This document shows, in pieces, positions 28,515 through 44,014 of a DNA stretch of 64,000 nucleotides. The notes under the pieces are model-generated. The model saw only the letters and a program-made list of their open reading frames with translations, ran no database searches and was not told where the DNA came from. Positions within the stretch are counted from its first letter, which is position 1. Every line of letters begins with the position of its first letter. The translations under genes were made by a program, and so were the position numbers. The stretch comes from an uncultured Veillonellaceae bacterium (GTDB lineage: Bacteria; Bacillota; Negativicutes; UBA1444): contig CAZRLN010000003.1 in the NCBI GenBank assembly GCA_964601085.1, positions 28,192-92,191 on the forward strand. Direction: 5' to 3'.

Positions 28515-30161
28515 ATGGCAAGGCCGTTATATGTAATAGGACATCGAAATCCGGATACAGATTCGATTTGTTCGGCAATCGGCTATGCACACCTGAAGCA
28601 GGCCTTGGGCGAACCCGCCGTACCCGCCCGGGCCGGCAAGCTGAATGCGGAAACCCGATTTGTGTTGGACCGGTTTGGCGTGGACTCGCCGGTATTGATT
28701 TCTGATTTGTATCCGCGGGCGCGCGATATTATGGCGCCGGTGCTGGTAACGATTCTGCCGGATCAGACGTTGCGGGAATTGGGGCGTATGATGCGTGAAA
28801 ACGATGGAAAATCGGCGGCCGTGATCGATGAAAAGGGAAGCCTATTGGGAATTGTGTCATTGGGTGATTTAGCCCGCCGTTATTTTGAAGAATTGGAGAT
28901 GCCTGATCTGGCCTCGGCCGGAGTGACCTTCCGCGGCATACTGGCGGTATTGGACGGGAAAATCGCCGTGGCGGGCGATATGGACCGTGGGGTAAGGGGA
29001 AAAATCTGGATCGCTGCTGCCAAGGCGGAAACATTCCAGAGTTTGATCGGCGAAGGCGATATTGCTTTGGCCGGCGATCGGGAAGAAGCCCAGCTCAAAT
29101 TGCTGGATTGCGGGATTGATGCTTTGGTTCTCACAGGTAATGCGCCAGCGGGCAATGAGTTGCGTGAAAAGGCTGCAAGCAAAGGGATTCTCGTATTTCA
29201 GACACAATTTGACACTTACACGGCAGCCCGTTTGATCAATCAAAGCATTCCGGTTCGAGTGATCATGCAAAAGAATGTTGTATCCTTCCGCCCTGCAGAC
29301 TTAGTCAGCGATATTCGGGAAACGACGGTCCGAACCCGTTTCCGGAACTATCCGGTGACTGAAAATGGCCGGATCATCGGCATGATCAACCGGGAACGGT
29401 TAATTGCGCCGGAACGCGAAAAAGTGATTCTGGTCGACCACAATGAGAAAACGCAGGCTGTGGCGGGAATTGAGGAAGCGCATATTATCGAAATCATCGA
29501 TCACCATCGATTGGGGGGACTGGAAACAGGAGAACCCATTTTCATTCGCCATGATCCTGTGGGGTCGACTTCGACGATCGTTGCCAACATGCACTGGCAT
29601 CGAAATGTTGAAATTCCGGTAAATATTGCCGGACTACTATTGGCCGGGGTTCTATCGGACACATTATTGTTCAAATCACCGACATCCACGCCGCAGGATC
29701 GGGAGGCGGCAAAGCGTCTCGCCGAAATCGCCGGCATTGATTTATCAGAGTTTGGAATGGCTGTTTTGAGGGCCGGATCGCGATTTAATGGATTGGAACC
29801 GGAAGAAATCATTCGGTATGATTTGAAGGAATTTCAAATCGCCGATTATCGGGTTTCGATCAGTCAGATCAATGTCATGGACGCAGCGGATATTTTAGCC
29901 AAGCGATCTGAAGGGCTGGGAGGGGCGCTGTCGATGGTCCGCCAGAAAGAAGGGTACGATATATCCCTCTTGATGGTGACGGATATTTTGCAGGAAACAA
30001 CCCATCTTCTTCACGCCGGGCGTCCGGTCAGCTTGTTGCGCCGCGCTTTTGGCGAAGAAAGCACCGATACGACCTTTGTGTTGCCGGGAACCATGTCGAG
30101 GAAAAAGCAAGTGGTGCCGCCGCTTGTTAACGCAGCGCGTGAGGAAGAACGTTTGGGATAA
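28515..30161 (+). CDS. CBS-domain-containing family II (DHH-DHHA2, Mn-dependent) inorganic pyrophosphatase
   Basis: N-terminal LYVIGHRNPDTDSICSAIGYA is a DHH motif. Internal CBS pair with DRTGG-like insertion; C-terminal DHHA2. Confidence 0.85.
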   Translation: MARPLYVIGHRNPDTDSICSAIGYAHLKQALGEPAVPARAGKLNAETRFVLDRFGVDSPVLISDLYPRARDIMAPVLVTILPDQTLRELGRMMRENDGKSAAVIDEKGSLLGIVSLGDLARRYFEELEMPDLASAGVTFRGILAVLDGKIAVAGDMDRGVRGKIWIAAAKAETFQSLIGEGDIALAGDREEAQLKLLDCGIDALVLTGNAPAGNELREKAASKGILVFQTQFDTYTAARLINQSIPVRVIMQKNVVSFRPADLVSDIRETTVRTRFRNYPVTENGRIIGMINRERLIAPEREKVILVDHNEKTQAVAGIEEAHIIEIIDHHRLGGLETGEPIFIRHDPVGSTSTIVANMHWHRNVEIPVNIAGLLLAGVLSDTLLFKSPTSTPQDREAAKRLAEIAGIDLSEFGMAVLRAGSRFNGLEPEEIIRYDLKEFQIADYRVSISQINVMDAADILAKRSEGLGGALSMVRQKEGYDISLLMVTDILQETTHLLHAGRPVSLLRRAFGEESTDTTFVLPGTMSRKKQVVPPLVNAAREEERLG

Positions 30162-30164
30162 ATG

Positions 30165-30205
30165 ATAAAACCCCGGTTTCGCGATGAAACCGGGGTTTTA
30201 TCATT
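30165..30205. terminator. Bidirectional terminator aaaaccccggtttc...gaaaccggggtttt
   Basis: 12-bp perfect stem between convergent PPase genes. Confidence 0.55.
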
Positions 30206-30221
30206 CCTGTTATTGAGGAGC

Positions 30222-32273
30222 TTATTTTATGAACTTGACTAATACCCCACCATATTGATAAATGACGGGAGCAAAAACCAGCGATACAATCGTCATCAGC
30301 TTGATCAGGATGTTCATTGCCGGCGAAGAGGTGTCTTTGAACGGGTCACCGACAGTATCGCCGACGACCGCGGACTTATGGGCTTGACTTCCCTTGCCGC
30401 CAAATTGGCCACCTTCAATGTATTTCTTGGCATTATCCCAAGCACCGCCAGCGTTCGCCATGAACAAAGCCATCAAGACGCCGGTGACGAGTGCGCCGGC
30501 GATGAATCCGGCCAGTGCGGCAGCGCCAAGAGCAAAGCCCATGACGAGAGGAAGGATGACGGCCAGAGAACCGGGAAGCAACATTTTTTTCAGGGCTGCT
30601 GCTGTCGAAATATCTACACACTTGGCATAATCCGGTTTTCCTTTCCCTTCCATGATGCCGGGAATGGAGCGGAATTGACGACGAACTTCTTCGATCATCT
30701 CATTGGCGGCATCGCCGACCGCTTCCATGGTCAATGCAGCAAACAGGAACGGAATCATGGCGCCGATGAGTAACCCGGTCAGGGTTAACGGATTCAGCAA
30801 GTCGATGGTGCTCAGCTTAACGGCTTGTGCATAAGACGCGAACAAGGCCAGAGCCGTGAGTGCGGCTGAACCGATTGCAAAACCTTTGGCGATGGCGGCG
30901 GTGGTATTTCCTACAGCATCCAGCTTATCGGTAATTTCGCGAACACTATGAGGCAGTTCCGACATTTCGGCAATGCCGCCGGCATTATCGGAGATTGGGC
31001 CGTAAGCGTCAACGGCGACAGTGATGCCTGTTGTCGACAGCATTCCAACCGCGGCCAACGAAATGCCATACAGTCCGAGCAAGGCGTTTTCTGCTCCACC
31101 CATGGCATAGTAAGAAACTAACATGCCTACGCTGATGCAAATCATTGGCCACATAGTGGAATACATGCCGACGGCCATGCCGGAAATCAGCGTAGTAGCG
31201 GCTCCGGTTTGAGATTGATAGGCAATGGTTTTTACCGATTGGAAATCAGCGGAAGTGTAAATTTCCGTAATTTTGCCGATGGCCAAACCGGAAGCCAAAC
31301 CGGCGGAAAGCGCGGCAAAGGCCTTCAAATTGCCGAAAATTGTTTGACTTAAAACGGCTGCCGCTACGATGGTGATGCCGCCAGCGACATAGGTGCCGAG
31401 GTTGAGAGCGGCTTGCGGGTTGTTGCCCTTGCTTTCCCGACCGATCATAATGCCGATGATGCAGGCCACAATGCCGAGTCCGCATAGCGCAAAGGCGAAC
31501 AGGACGCCTTCGCCATTTTTGTATAGAAGGGCTCCCAGGGTAAATGCACCGACAATCGAACCGACATAGGATTCAAAAAGGTCGGCGCCCATTCCGGCGA
31601 CGTCGCCGACGTTGTCACCGACGTTGTCGGCAATGACCGCCGGATTGCGTGGATCATCTTCAGGAATTCCGGCTTCCACCTTGCCGACCAAATCCGCGCC
31701 GACATCGGCTGCCTTGGTATAAATACCGCCGCCAACACGGGCAAAGAGGGCGATTGAACTGGCGCCAAGACTAAACCCGGTTATATACTCGATGTTTTGG
31801 TTGAATAACAGGAAAAATGCACCCAAGCCCAATGTGCCTAAGCCAACGACGCACATTCCCATAACGGACCCGCCGGAAAAAGCAATTTTCAGTGCTGGGC
31901 TGATCCCATGCTGGGCAGCGGCGGCAGTGCGAACGTTCGCTTTAGTAGCAACCTGCATGCCGAAGTAACCGGCAAGAATCGAGCAGAAAGCGCCGCCAAG
32001 AAAGCAGATTGCAGTTTGCCAGCTGATAAAGAGTGCGAGAATTGCGGCTACGATAGCGACAAAAATAGCCAGATAACGGTACTCGCGATACAAAAATGCC
32101 ATGGCGCCTTCGTGGATATAACCGGCGATTTCCTTCATGCGAGCGTTGCCGGGCTCTGCGCTGCTGATGCCGGCGCTGAGGTAGAAAGCGAATGCAAGCG
32201 CCAACGCTCCGGTCAGGGTGGAGAGGATGAGGTACATTTCCAAAATAATTGCCTCCTTTGTAATGTTGAACAA
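30222..32273 (-). CDS. hppA: Membrane-integral K+-stimulated H+/Na+-translocating pyrophosphatase
   Basis: 683 aa, ~16 TM segments, conserved GGAWDNAKK and DxxGDxxGD-type motifs. Confidence 0.9.
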   Translation of the reverse strand: MFNITKEAIILEMYLILSTLTGALALAFAFYLSAGISSAEPGNARMKEIAGYIHEGAMAFLYREYRYLAIFVAIVAAILALFISWQTAICFLGGAFCSILAGYFGMQVATKANVRTAAAAQHGISPALKIAFSGGSVMGMCVVGLGTLGLGAFFLLFNQNIEYITGFSLGASSIALFARVGGGIYTKAADVGADLVGKVEAGIPEDDPRNPAVIADNVGDNVGDVAGMGADLFESYVGSIVGAFTLGALLYKNGEGVLFAFALCGLGIVACIIGIMIGRESKGNNPQAALNLGTYVAGGITIVAAAVLSQTIFGNLKAFAALSAGLASGLAIGKITEIYTSADFQSVKTIAYQSQTGAATTLISGMAVGMYSTMWPMICISVGMLVSYYAMGGAENALLGLYGISLAAVGMLSTTGITVAVDAYGPISDNAGGIAEMSELPHSVREITDKLDAVGNTTAAIAKGFAIGSAALTALALFASYAQAVKLSTIDLLNPLTLTGLLIGAMIPFLFAALTMEAVGDAANEMIEEVRRQFRSIPGIMEGKGKPDYAKCVDISTAAALKKMLLPGSLAVILPLVMGFALGAAALAGFIAGALVTGVLMALFMANAGGAWDNAKKYIEGGQFGGKGSQAHKSAVVGDTVGDPFKDTSSPAMNILIKLMTIVSLVFAPVIYQYGGVLVKFIK

Positions 32274-32412
32274 TTAATAAAAATCTGCCAATTCTATTAG
32301 CGTAATTGGAATGAATAGGATATGCCAAACGGCGGTTTAGTGGAAATGTGCAGCCTTATATTTCGGCAAAAAAGCAGCGGCACGTATGTACCGCCACTTA
32401 TGACTCCCCCAA

Positions 32413-32643
32413 TTACTGCATCAAGCGAACCAAGGCCATGGTAACAATTCCAAACACTACTCCTAGTACCATCGTGGTCCTTGCCAATAGTTCATCCAAT
32501 CCTTTTTTCTTTCCACCAAAAAGTGTTTCGGCCCCTCCGGCGATCGACCCTGACAAACCGGCGCTTTTTCCTGACTGAAGGACAACTGCGGCAATCAATG
32601 CAATCGAGATGATCGCTTCCAAGATCATCAATGCGGTTATCAA
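32413..32643 (-). CDS. secG: Preprotein translocase subunit SecG
   Basis: 76 aa, two TM helices with a Gly-rich loop (LSGSIAGGAETLFGGKKKG). Confidence 0.85.
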   Translation of the reverse strand: MITALMILEAIISIALIAAVVLQSGKSAGLSGSIAGGAETLFGGKKKGLDELLARTTMVLGVVFGIVTMALVRLMQ

Positions 32644-32816
32644 AATTACGGCACCCCCTAACTTTACTTGTACATTTTATCACAAGCAGTTTCGCATTGA
32701 CAATCGGTTTTGTGACAATTCTTTCATGATTTGTGGAGGAAATAATGGAAAAGGCCAGGCGCTCCGGCCTAGCCTTTGTAAATCAAAAATATCAGTTGGT
32801 TTTATTTGCGGGGAAA

Positions 32817-35659
<2,843 letters not shown>

Positions 35660-35701
35660 AATAGTTTCTCCCTTGTTTCAATAGTATCTGTTGGACTTCG
35701 T

Positions 35702-36484
<783 letters not shown>

Positions 36485-36493
36485 TTCCTGTTC

Positions 36494-37678
36494 TTATTTG
36501 TCGGCCAGGGCAGCTACTCCCGGCAAGATTTTACCTTCCAGATACTCCAGTGAGGCGCCGCCGCCAGTCGAAATATGGGTGATGGATTCGGCCAGCCCGA
36601 CTTTCTCCAGGGCTGCGACCGAGTCGCCGCCGCCGACAATGCTGACTGCGGGAGACTTTGCCACGGCCTTGGCAACCGCTTCCGTGCCTTTGGCAAAGGC
36701 GTCCATTTCGAAGACGCCCATGGGGCCGTTCCAGACAATGGTTTTGGCGTTGGCTAAAGCGGCGGTAAATGCGGCGCATGTCGCCGGACCAATATCCAGC
36801 GCCATTTCGTTTTCACCAATGCCATCTACCGCTGTTATGCGACAGTGGGCGTCGGCGGCGAATTTGTCGGCTGCGACCAGGTCGGATGGCAACAACAGCT
36901 TGACGCCGCTCTGTTGCGCCTGGGCGATCAAGTCTTTAGCCAATGATATTTTATCGGGTTCAACTAAAGATTTGCCGACGGCATAGCCTTGGGCGGCAAA
37001 AAACGTATTGGCCATGCCGCCGCCAATGAGCAATACATTAACTTTTGTCAGAAGGTTCGCGATCACACCGATTTTATCGGAAACTTTCGCGCCACCGATG
37101 ATTGCGGCATAGGGGCGTTCAGGATCGGTTACGGCGCGACCAAGAAAGTCCAGTTCTTTTTCCATAAGGAAGCCGGCGACAGTAGGAATATACTTCGTGA
37201 TTCCTTCGACGGAAGCATGCGCCCGATGCGATACGCCAAACGCGTCGTTGACGGCAATATCCGCCAAACTGGCAAGTCCTTTGGCAAAAGAGGGATCGTT
37301 TTTTTCCTCTTCCGGGTGAAAACGGAGGTTCTCGAGCATCAATACTTCGCCGGGATTCAGCCTGCTCGCAGCCATTTCCGCTGACGCGCCGACACAATCG
37401 ATGGCGAACTGTACTTCGCGTCCCAATAGCGAGGACAGATGCGTTGCTACCGGTTTAAGCGAGAACTCGGGCGCCGGACCGCCTTTTGGACGGCCCAGGT
37501 GAGCGGCGAGTACGAGCGAAGCGCCCTGTTCCAACAAATACTTCAAGGTGGGCAACGTAGCCCGGATGCGGGTATCATCCGTGATATTGCCGGCCTTGTC
37601 CATGGGAACGTTATAGTCAACACGGACAAAGACACGTTTTCCTTTGAAATCGACATCACGGACGGTTTTTTTATTCAC
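36494..37678 (-). CDS. pgk: Phosphoglycerate kinase
   Basis: [23 protein letters not shown]... Start trimmed to a GTG 24 nt after the gap stop; the track ORF extends into gap. Confidence 0.95.
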   Translation of the reverse strand: MNKKTVRDVDFKGKRVFVRVDYNVPMDKAGNITDDTRIRATLPTLKYLLEQGASLVLAAHLGRPKGGPAPEFSLKPVATHLSSLLGREVQFAIDCVGASAEMAASRLNPGEVLMLENLRFHPEEEKNDPSFAKGLASLADIAVNDAFGVSHRAHASVEGITKYIPTVAGFLMEKELDFLGRAVTDPERPYAAIIGGAKVSDKIGVIANLLTKVNVLLIGGGMANTFFAAQGYAVGKSLVEPDKISLAKDLIAQAQQSGVKLLLPSDLVAADKFAADAHCRITAVDGIGENEMALDIGPATCAAFTAALANAKTIVWNGPMGVFEMDAFAKGTEAVAKAVAKSPAVSIVGGGDSVAALEKVGLAESITHISTGGGASLEYLEGKILPGVAALADK

Positions 37679-37701
37679 GGTCGGATTCCTCCTCAATCGG
37701 G

Positions 37702-38724
<1,023 letters not shown>

Positions 38725-39020
38725 TCATTTTTTGTTCTTGTCTGACAAATTTCTTCAGAGTAATATCATTCGACGAAGCTGTATGTTCTCCTGCTGGGTT
38801 TGGAAAAGGAACTCAAAATTCTTAAAGTTTTTAATTCCACTTAATCGGCTGGATTCCTGCATGAGGATGAAAGGGGTAAAAAAGCATTGAACATAAAAAA
38901 TGGAAGTTTTGACTGTTGGAATTCTTATCCTGATGAATGGGCTATTTGCAGGAATCTTCCCATGCGGTGACGAAGGATAAAACTATAGATGAATTTTTAT
39001 CATGGAAGGAGCTGCATTAG

Positions 39021-39671
39021 GTGGGCGACCATTTTCAGTTTACCCGGAACTATGATGATCTCAGCACGAACAAAGGATTTCAGTTTGAGTTCTGCTGTGA
39101 CCGATGTGGTACCGGGTATCGGACGCGTTTTCAATCATCGGCTTCAGGTCTTGTGACTGAAGCATTGGAAACGGCGGGAAGCTTATTCGGCGGGTTGTTT
39201 GGACAGGCGGCGGACGTGAGCGAGAGGGTCCGGTCCGCCGGTTGGCAAAAAGCTCACGATGAAGCCTTTGTCAAGGCGATTGAAGAATTGCGTCCGGATT
39301 TTATTCAGTGTCCAAGGTGTTCGTCCTGGGTCTGCCGCAAAAGTTGCTGGAATAACAAGAAAGGGCTGTGCAAGGAATGTGCCCCGGACCTGGGCGTCGA
39401 AATGGCAGCGGCGCAGGCGAGCAAATCGGTGGAAGAGGTTTGGGCGCACGCCCAGATGGCGGAAGAAGATAAGCACCTGTCGGAAAAAGATTGGCGGGAA
39501 GGAATTCGGGCGACCTGTCCCCAATGTGAGGCGCCATTGGCCAATAACGCCAAGTTTTGCCCGGAATGCGGCGCGAAAATTAAACAGACGACGTTTTGTT
39601 CCCAATGTGGAGCAAAAATGGCTTCCGGCACAAAGTTTTGTCCGGAGTGTGGGGCCAAAGCAGGAGGATAA
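39021..39671 (+). CDS. Zinc-ribbon repeat protein
   Basis: Four CxxC pairs, including two tandem C-terminal ribbons (CPQCEAPL...CPECGAK; CSQCGAK...CPECGAK). Confidence 0.55.
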   Translation: MGDHFQFTRNYDDLSTNKGFQFEFCCDRCGTGYRTRFQSSASGLVTEALETAGSLFGGLFGQAADVSERVRSAGWQKAHDEAFVKAIEELRPDFIQCPRCSSWVCRKSCWNNKKGLCKECAPDLGVEMAAAQASKSVEEVWAHAQMAEEDKHLSEKDWREGIRATCPQCEAPLANNAKFCPECGAKIKQTTFCSQCGAKMASGTKFCPECGAKAGG

Positions 39672-39673
39672 CG

Positions 39674-40507
39674 ATGGAACTTTGGTTAACAGAAAAGGAA
39701 ACAGATAATTTGGGGTTGACCTGCCGGGTAAAGGAAACGCTGTTTTCCGGAAAATCCGACTTTCAAAGCGTTGAAGTGGTCGATTCCTACGAGTTTGGTA
39801 GAATGCTGATCTTGGACGGTGTTTTCCAGACTTCAATTTTTGAGGAATATATTTATCACGAGATGATTGTGCATGTTCCGTTGTTTACGCATCCCAAACC
39901 ACGAAAAATTCTTGTGATTGGCGGTGGGGACGGCGGGACGGTGCGTGAAGTTGTTCGCCATGAAGCGGTCGAGCAGGTGGAAATGGTTGAGATCGATGGC
40001 ATGGTGGTTGAGGTCAGCAAAAAATATCTACCGGAGATCAGTTCTGCGATGTTGGCCGGTCATCCCAAATTAAAAGTGGAGATTGGCGACGGGATTGCCA
40101 GGATGAAAGAAGCCAAAAACTACTATGATGTGATCATCGTAGACTGTTCGGATCCGATCGGTCCCGGCGTGGGCTTGTTCAGCCGGGAGTTCTATCAGGA
40201 TGTGCACCGGGCGCTGAAACCGGACGGATTGTTTGTTCAACAGACCGAGTCGCCGTTTTATCATCGTTCGCTTATTTCCCGAATTTTTCATGACATCGCC
40301 GACTTTTTCCCTATAACGAGTCTATATCTAGCGAATATTCCTCTGTATCCGGGCGGATTGCATAGTTTTACCCTCGGTTCAAAACAGTATGACCCCTTGC
40401 AGGCGACGGCGCCGGATCCATTGCCGTTTTCAACTCGGTATTATAATCCGGCTCTGCACAAAAGCTGTTTTACCCTGCCTAGTTTTGTTCAAGAGTTGAT
40501 AAAATAA
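39674..40507 (+). CDS. speE: Polyamine aminopropyltransferase (spermidine synthase)
   Basis: MELWLTEKETDNLGL...ILVIGGGDGGTVREV...IIVDCSDPIGP. Start set at MELW; the track ORF starts 78 nt upstream. Confidence 0.85.
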   Translation: MELWLTEKETDNLGLTCRVKETLFSGKSDFQSVEVVDSYEFGRMLILDGVFQTSIFEEYIYHEMIVHVPLFTHPKPRKILVIGGGDGGTVREVVRHEAVEQVEMVEIDGMVVEVSKKYLPEISSAMLAGHPKLKVEIGDGIARMKEAKNYYDVIIVDCSDPIGPGVGLFSREFYQDVHRALKPDGLFVQQTESPFYHRSLISRIFHDIADFFPITSLYLANIPLYPGGLHSFTLGSKQYDPLQATAPDPLPFSTRYYNPALHKSCFTLPSFVQELIK

Positions 40508-40573
40508 CAGAGTCCAGACCCCAAAACTGCAGAAGTTGAAAAAAGGACGTCACGGCGACGCCCTTTTTTGCAG

Positions 40574-41713
40574 CTATTTCAGGTTTTCCGGATTCAAACC
40601 GAACAGTTCCGGCAGGACAAAGCGACCGTCTTTACGAATCAACCGATCATCAAACCAGATTTCGCCGCCGCCCCACTCGGGAGACTGGATGCAGACCAGA
40701 TCCCAATGGATGGCGGAACGGTTGCCGTTATCCGCTTCCTCGTATGCGTTGCCTGGTGTGAAGTGGAAACTGCCCTGGATTTTTTCATCGAAGAGGGTGT
40801 CTTTCATCGGTTTGGTGATGAAGGGATTCACCCCCACCGCGAATTCACCGATATAGCGAGACCCTTCATCCGTGTCGAAGACTTCAGTGATGCGGTCGGA
40901 GAGATTGGCGGTAGCCTGAATGATACGACCGTTCTCGAACGTCAGCTGAACATTTTCATAAGTGGTTCCCTGATAAATGGAAGGGGTATTATAAGCAAGA
41001 GTTCCGTTGACCGAGTCCCGCACTGGTGCGGTATACACTTCGCCGTCAGGAATGTTTCGCAATCCGGAGCATTTGACAACTGGAATATTTTTTATGGAAA
41101 AAGCAAGGTCCGTACCCGGCCCGATAATTTTTACACGATCGGTTTTTTCCATTAGCTCGACTAAAGGTGTCATTGCCAAGTCCATTTTGGCATAATCCAG
41201 ATTGCAGACGTTATAATAAAAATCTTCAAACGCCTCGCTGCTCAATCCGGCTAACTGCGCCATGGCCGAATTGGGCCAGCGCAAAACGCACCATTTGGTG
41301 TTTTTGACGCGGATTTCGGAGTGGACAGGCTTGGACCAATATTGCTGGTAGAGTTTCAGTTTTTCCGAAGGGACATCGGACAACTCGCTGATATTGTGAC
41401 TGGCGCGTACGCCAATATAGGCCTGCATGGCCCGCATCCTTTCGGATTCCCAACCCGCGATTGCCTGCATTTGTTCCAGGGAGGCGCCGGACAGCAATTT
41501 GCGCTGCAAGCGATTGTTTTTCAACGATAAAAAGGGAATGCCGCCGGCCTGGTAAGTTTCTGCGATGAGAGCTTGTGCGAGTGGTTCCGCATCATCAAAC
41601 ATTTCAATCAAAATGTTTTCGCCGGGTTGCAGATCGGTAGAATACCGAATCAAATTTCGGGCCAGAGTAGTCGTTCGTGGATCCATGAACATCTTCCTTT
41701 CCTTTGCTTGCAA
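40574..41713 (-). CDS. M29-family aminopeptidase (AmpS/aminopeptidase T-like)
   Basis: 379 aa, thermophilic-aminopeptidase family features. Confidence 0.8.
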   Translation of the reverse strand: MQAKERKMFMDPRTTTLARNLIRYSTDLQPGENILIEMFDDAEPLAQALIAETYQAGGIPFLSLKNNRLQRKLLSGASLEQMQAIAGWESERMRAMQAYIGVRASHNISELSDVPSEKLKLYQQYWSKPVHSEIRVKNTKWCVLRWPNSAMAQLAGLSSEAFEDFYYNVCNLDYAKMDLAMTPLVELMEKTDRVKIIGPGTDLAFSIKNIPVVKCSGLRNIPDGEVYTAPVRDSVNGTLAYNTPSIYQGTTYENVQLTFENGRIIQATANLSDRITEVFDTDEGSRYIGEFAVGVNPFITKPMKDTLFDEKIQGSFHFTPGNAYEEADNGNRSAIHWDLVCIQSPEWGGGEIWFDDRLIRKDGRFVLPELFGLNPENLK

Positions 41714-41778
41714 GGGGCTTTATTTTTTATTATACCACGGGGACGGAAAACTTATTTTTTTGTTTTGCGAATATGGCA

Positions 41779-41807
41779 TTGATTTTTTATTAACCGTCCT
41801 TTATAAT
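41779..41807 (+). promoter_or_regulatory. Sigma-70-type promoter (TTGATT-17-TATAAT) upstream of the tRNA pair
   Basis: Consensus-like hexamers 15 nt upstream of tRNA-Glu. Confidence 0.4.
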
Positions 41808-41822
41808 AAAAAAGCAATTTGA

Positions 41823-41897
41823 GGCCCGTTGGTCAAGCGGTTAAGACACCGCCCTTTCACGGCGGTATCGGGGGTTCGATTCCCCCACGGGTCACCA
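41823..41897 (+). tRNA. tRNA-Glu (UUC)
   Basis: Cloverleaf; anticodon arm ACACCGCCCUUUCACGGCGG identical to bacterial tRNA-Glu; CCA encoded. Confidence 0.9.
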
Positions 41898-41902
41898 ATC
41901 CC

Positions 41903-41978
<76 letters not shown>

Positions 41979-42114
41979 ATGAAATTTGAAGCTTCTGAAG
42001 CATTTCAGAAGCTTTTTTCATGTCCACAGATTTGGAAGGAATCCGGCAAGATTTATGGAAGTACTCATCCGAACCCAATTGCGGGTTTAATAATGAATTA
42101 AGGAAGGAAAGAGG

Positions 42115-42786
42115 GTGGGCGATTTGATGCTTCAAACCAGATTCGGAAAGTTAATGGTTTTGGTTGTGTTGTTGGCGTTTTGTCTGAGTTCGGCTTCGGC
42201 GGCAGCGGCGGTAATGGTTCCAGAACGAACGATTGTTGATGAGTGGGATTTCGTGAGGATTCCGGCGGCGCCGGAGTTGAAACCGGTCAATTTGGACGCG
42301 GCGACAACCGCCTATCTCATTCTTGACATCCAAGACCCGCTGTGCTCGAAAGAGCGACCACGATGTGCGGCTTCCGCTCCCAAAATCGCCGCGTTCCTGA
42401 CACTGGCTCGTGAGAAGGGGATGACGGTAGCTTACAGTCTTACTCCGACAGGCAAGCCGGAAAACATTCTGCCAATGATAGCGCCTTGGCCGGGTGATGC
42501 GATCGTAAAATCCAGTGTGGACAAATTTTATAATACGGAATTAGAGAAAGTTCTCAAAGAAAAAGGAATCAAAACGGTGGTTATCGTGGGGACCGCTGCC
42601 AATGGAGCAGTGTTGCACACGGCGGTAGGCGCCGCCATGCGTGGCATGCAGGTGGTCATTCCGGTTGACGGGATGTCAGCTATTGATCCCTATGCGGAGC
42701 AATATACGGCTTGGCACATGATGAACGGGCCCGGGACGAGAAACCGGGCCACCATTACCCGATTTTCCCTTATCAGCTTCCGGTAG
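42115..42786 (+). CDS. Isochorismatase-family cysteine hydrolase with signal peptide
   Basis: Signal sequence, then AYLILDIQD...VVIVGTAANGAV pattern of the isochorismatase-like fold. Confidence 0.65.
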   Translation: MGDLMLQTRFGKLMVLVVLLAFCLSSASAAAAVMVPERTIVDEWDFVRIPAAPELKPVNLDAATTAYLILDIQDPLCSKERPRCAASAPKIAAFLTLAREKGMTVAYSLTPTGKPENILPMIAPWPGDAIVKSSVDKFYNTELEKVLKEKGIKTVVIVGTAANGAVLHTAVGAAMRGMQVVIPVDGMSAIDPYAEQYTAWHMMNGPGTRNRATITRFSLISFR

Positions 42787-42841
42787 AAGCAAAGAGTACC
42801 TCAATTAAATGCAATGTGATAAGGTTTTCATACTAGCAAAA

Positions 42842-42872
42842 AGGGCTCCCGCAGTGTGCGGGAGCCCCTTCA
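42842..42872. terminator. Bidirectional terminator aaaagggctcccgcagtgtgcgggagcccctt
   Basis: 10-bp GC stem between convergent genes. Confidence 0.5.
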
Positions 42873-42888
42873 ATTTTGGCAGGCGCGT

Positions 42889-43781
42889 TTAGCAAAGGCG
42901 TTTGCCGTTTTGTTTTTTAACGAATCGGTCGATGAGTTTTCTGGCAATGCTGTCCGTGCCAGGCAGATGGGGAAATGCGTCAACCGAATACCAACCGGCA
43001 TCGACGATTTCTTCGCCGTCGATTTGGATCTCGCCGCTGTCCCAGCAGGCGGTAAAGCCAACCATCAATGAATCGGGGAAAGGCCAGGGTTGTGAAGCAA
43101 TATAGTGGATTCCGCGCACATGGATTCCGACTTCTTCCATGACTTCACGTTTCACACAGTCTTCAAATGTTTCTCCTGGTTCGACGAATCCGGCCAACAC
43201 GCTGTACATTCCACTGACAAAACGGCTGGAACGAGCCAGCAGAAGCTGGTTTTCCCTTTCAATGGCTACGATGATGGCGGGAGAAATCCGTGGAAATACC
43301 AAGTTGCCGCAGGATTGACAGTGGACAGCCAGTTCCTTGACCGAAAGAGCGGCGGGATTGCCGCAGCGACCGCAGAAACGATGTGTATTCCGCCAATTAT
43401 TTAGGTGATAGGCGCGCAGGGCAAACTCATATTGTGCGGCCGGAAGACGACTATGAAGCGGCCGGATTTTCTCAACACTAAATTCATCGGGGAAAGATCC
43501 GGAAGGAAGAGATGCCGCAAAACAAGGGGTTCCATCCAAAGCGCCGATTGGTAGTACTTCAGTGACACAGCTGAGAAGCGACGTTGCTTTTTGGGTTGAC
43601 GGTAAACGAATCCATTCTGTTTCTTCATGGAAAATAAGTTCATCATTTTGAAAGAGAAACCAAAGTGCATCAGGCGGATATTTCGTGAAAATGGTATCAG
43701 AACCTTTCCTGGCGGAATTTTTATGTCTTTACTATACGCTTCCTTGCCTGACGAATCAAGTTGGATATCCATATAGAACAC
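42889..43781 (-). pseudogene. nudC: NAD+ diphosphatase NudC, reading frame split at an A5/T5 homopolymer (43718-43722)
   Basis: C-terminal part (42889-43539) has the Zn ribbon CGRCGNPA...CQSCGN and Nudix box GFVEPGETFEDCVKREVMEEVGI. The NudC N-domain continues upstream in the same frame without a start codon. An ATG/GTG-started ORF (MFYMDIQLD...) lies in the -1 frame, joined at the homopolymer. Confidence 0.6.
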
Positions 43782-44014
43782 AGCAATTTCAGCAGTTGAA
43801 TCATGGAAGCTGGGGATTCATCTCTCACACCAAGATGATGTCGAAAAAGGGGGTAGTGACGATGAATCTGGATGATTGTTGTATTGGCATAATATATCAT
43901 CGTTATTTATAGCATTCGTTATTCCAAACCTCGAATGTCATCTCGACAATACTTCTATAAAATTATATACACAATCGGAGTAATGTTCATTTGTTGCGTC
44001 GAGGAGGGGTTTAA

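Noticed and set aside
40568-41155. 195-aa + ORF
   Set aside because: Antisense to the M29 aminopeptidase gene.
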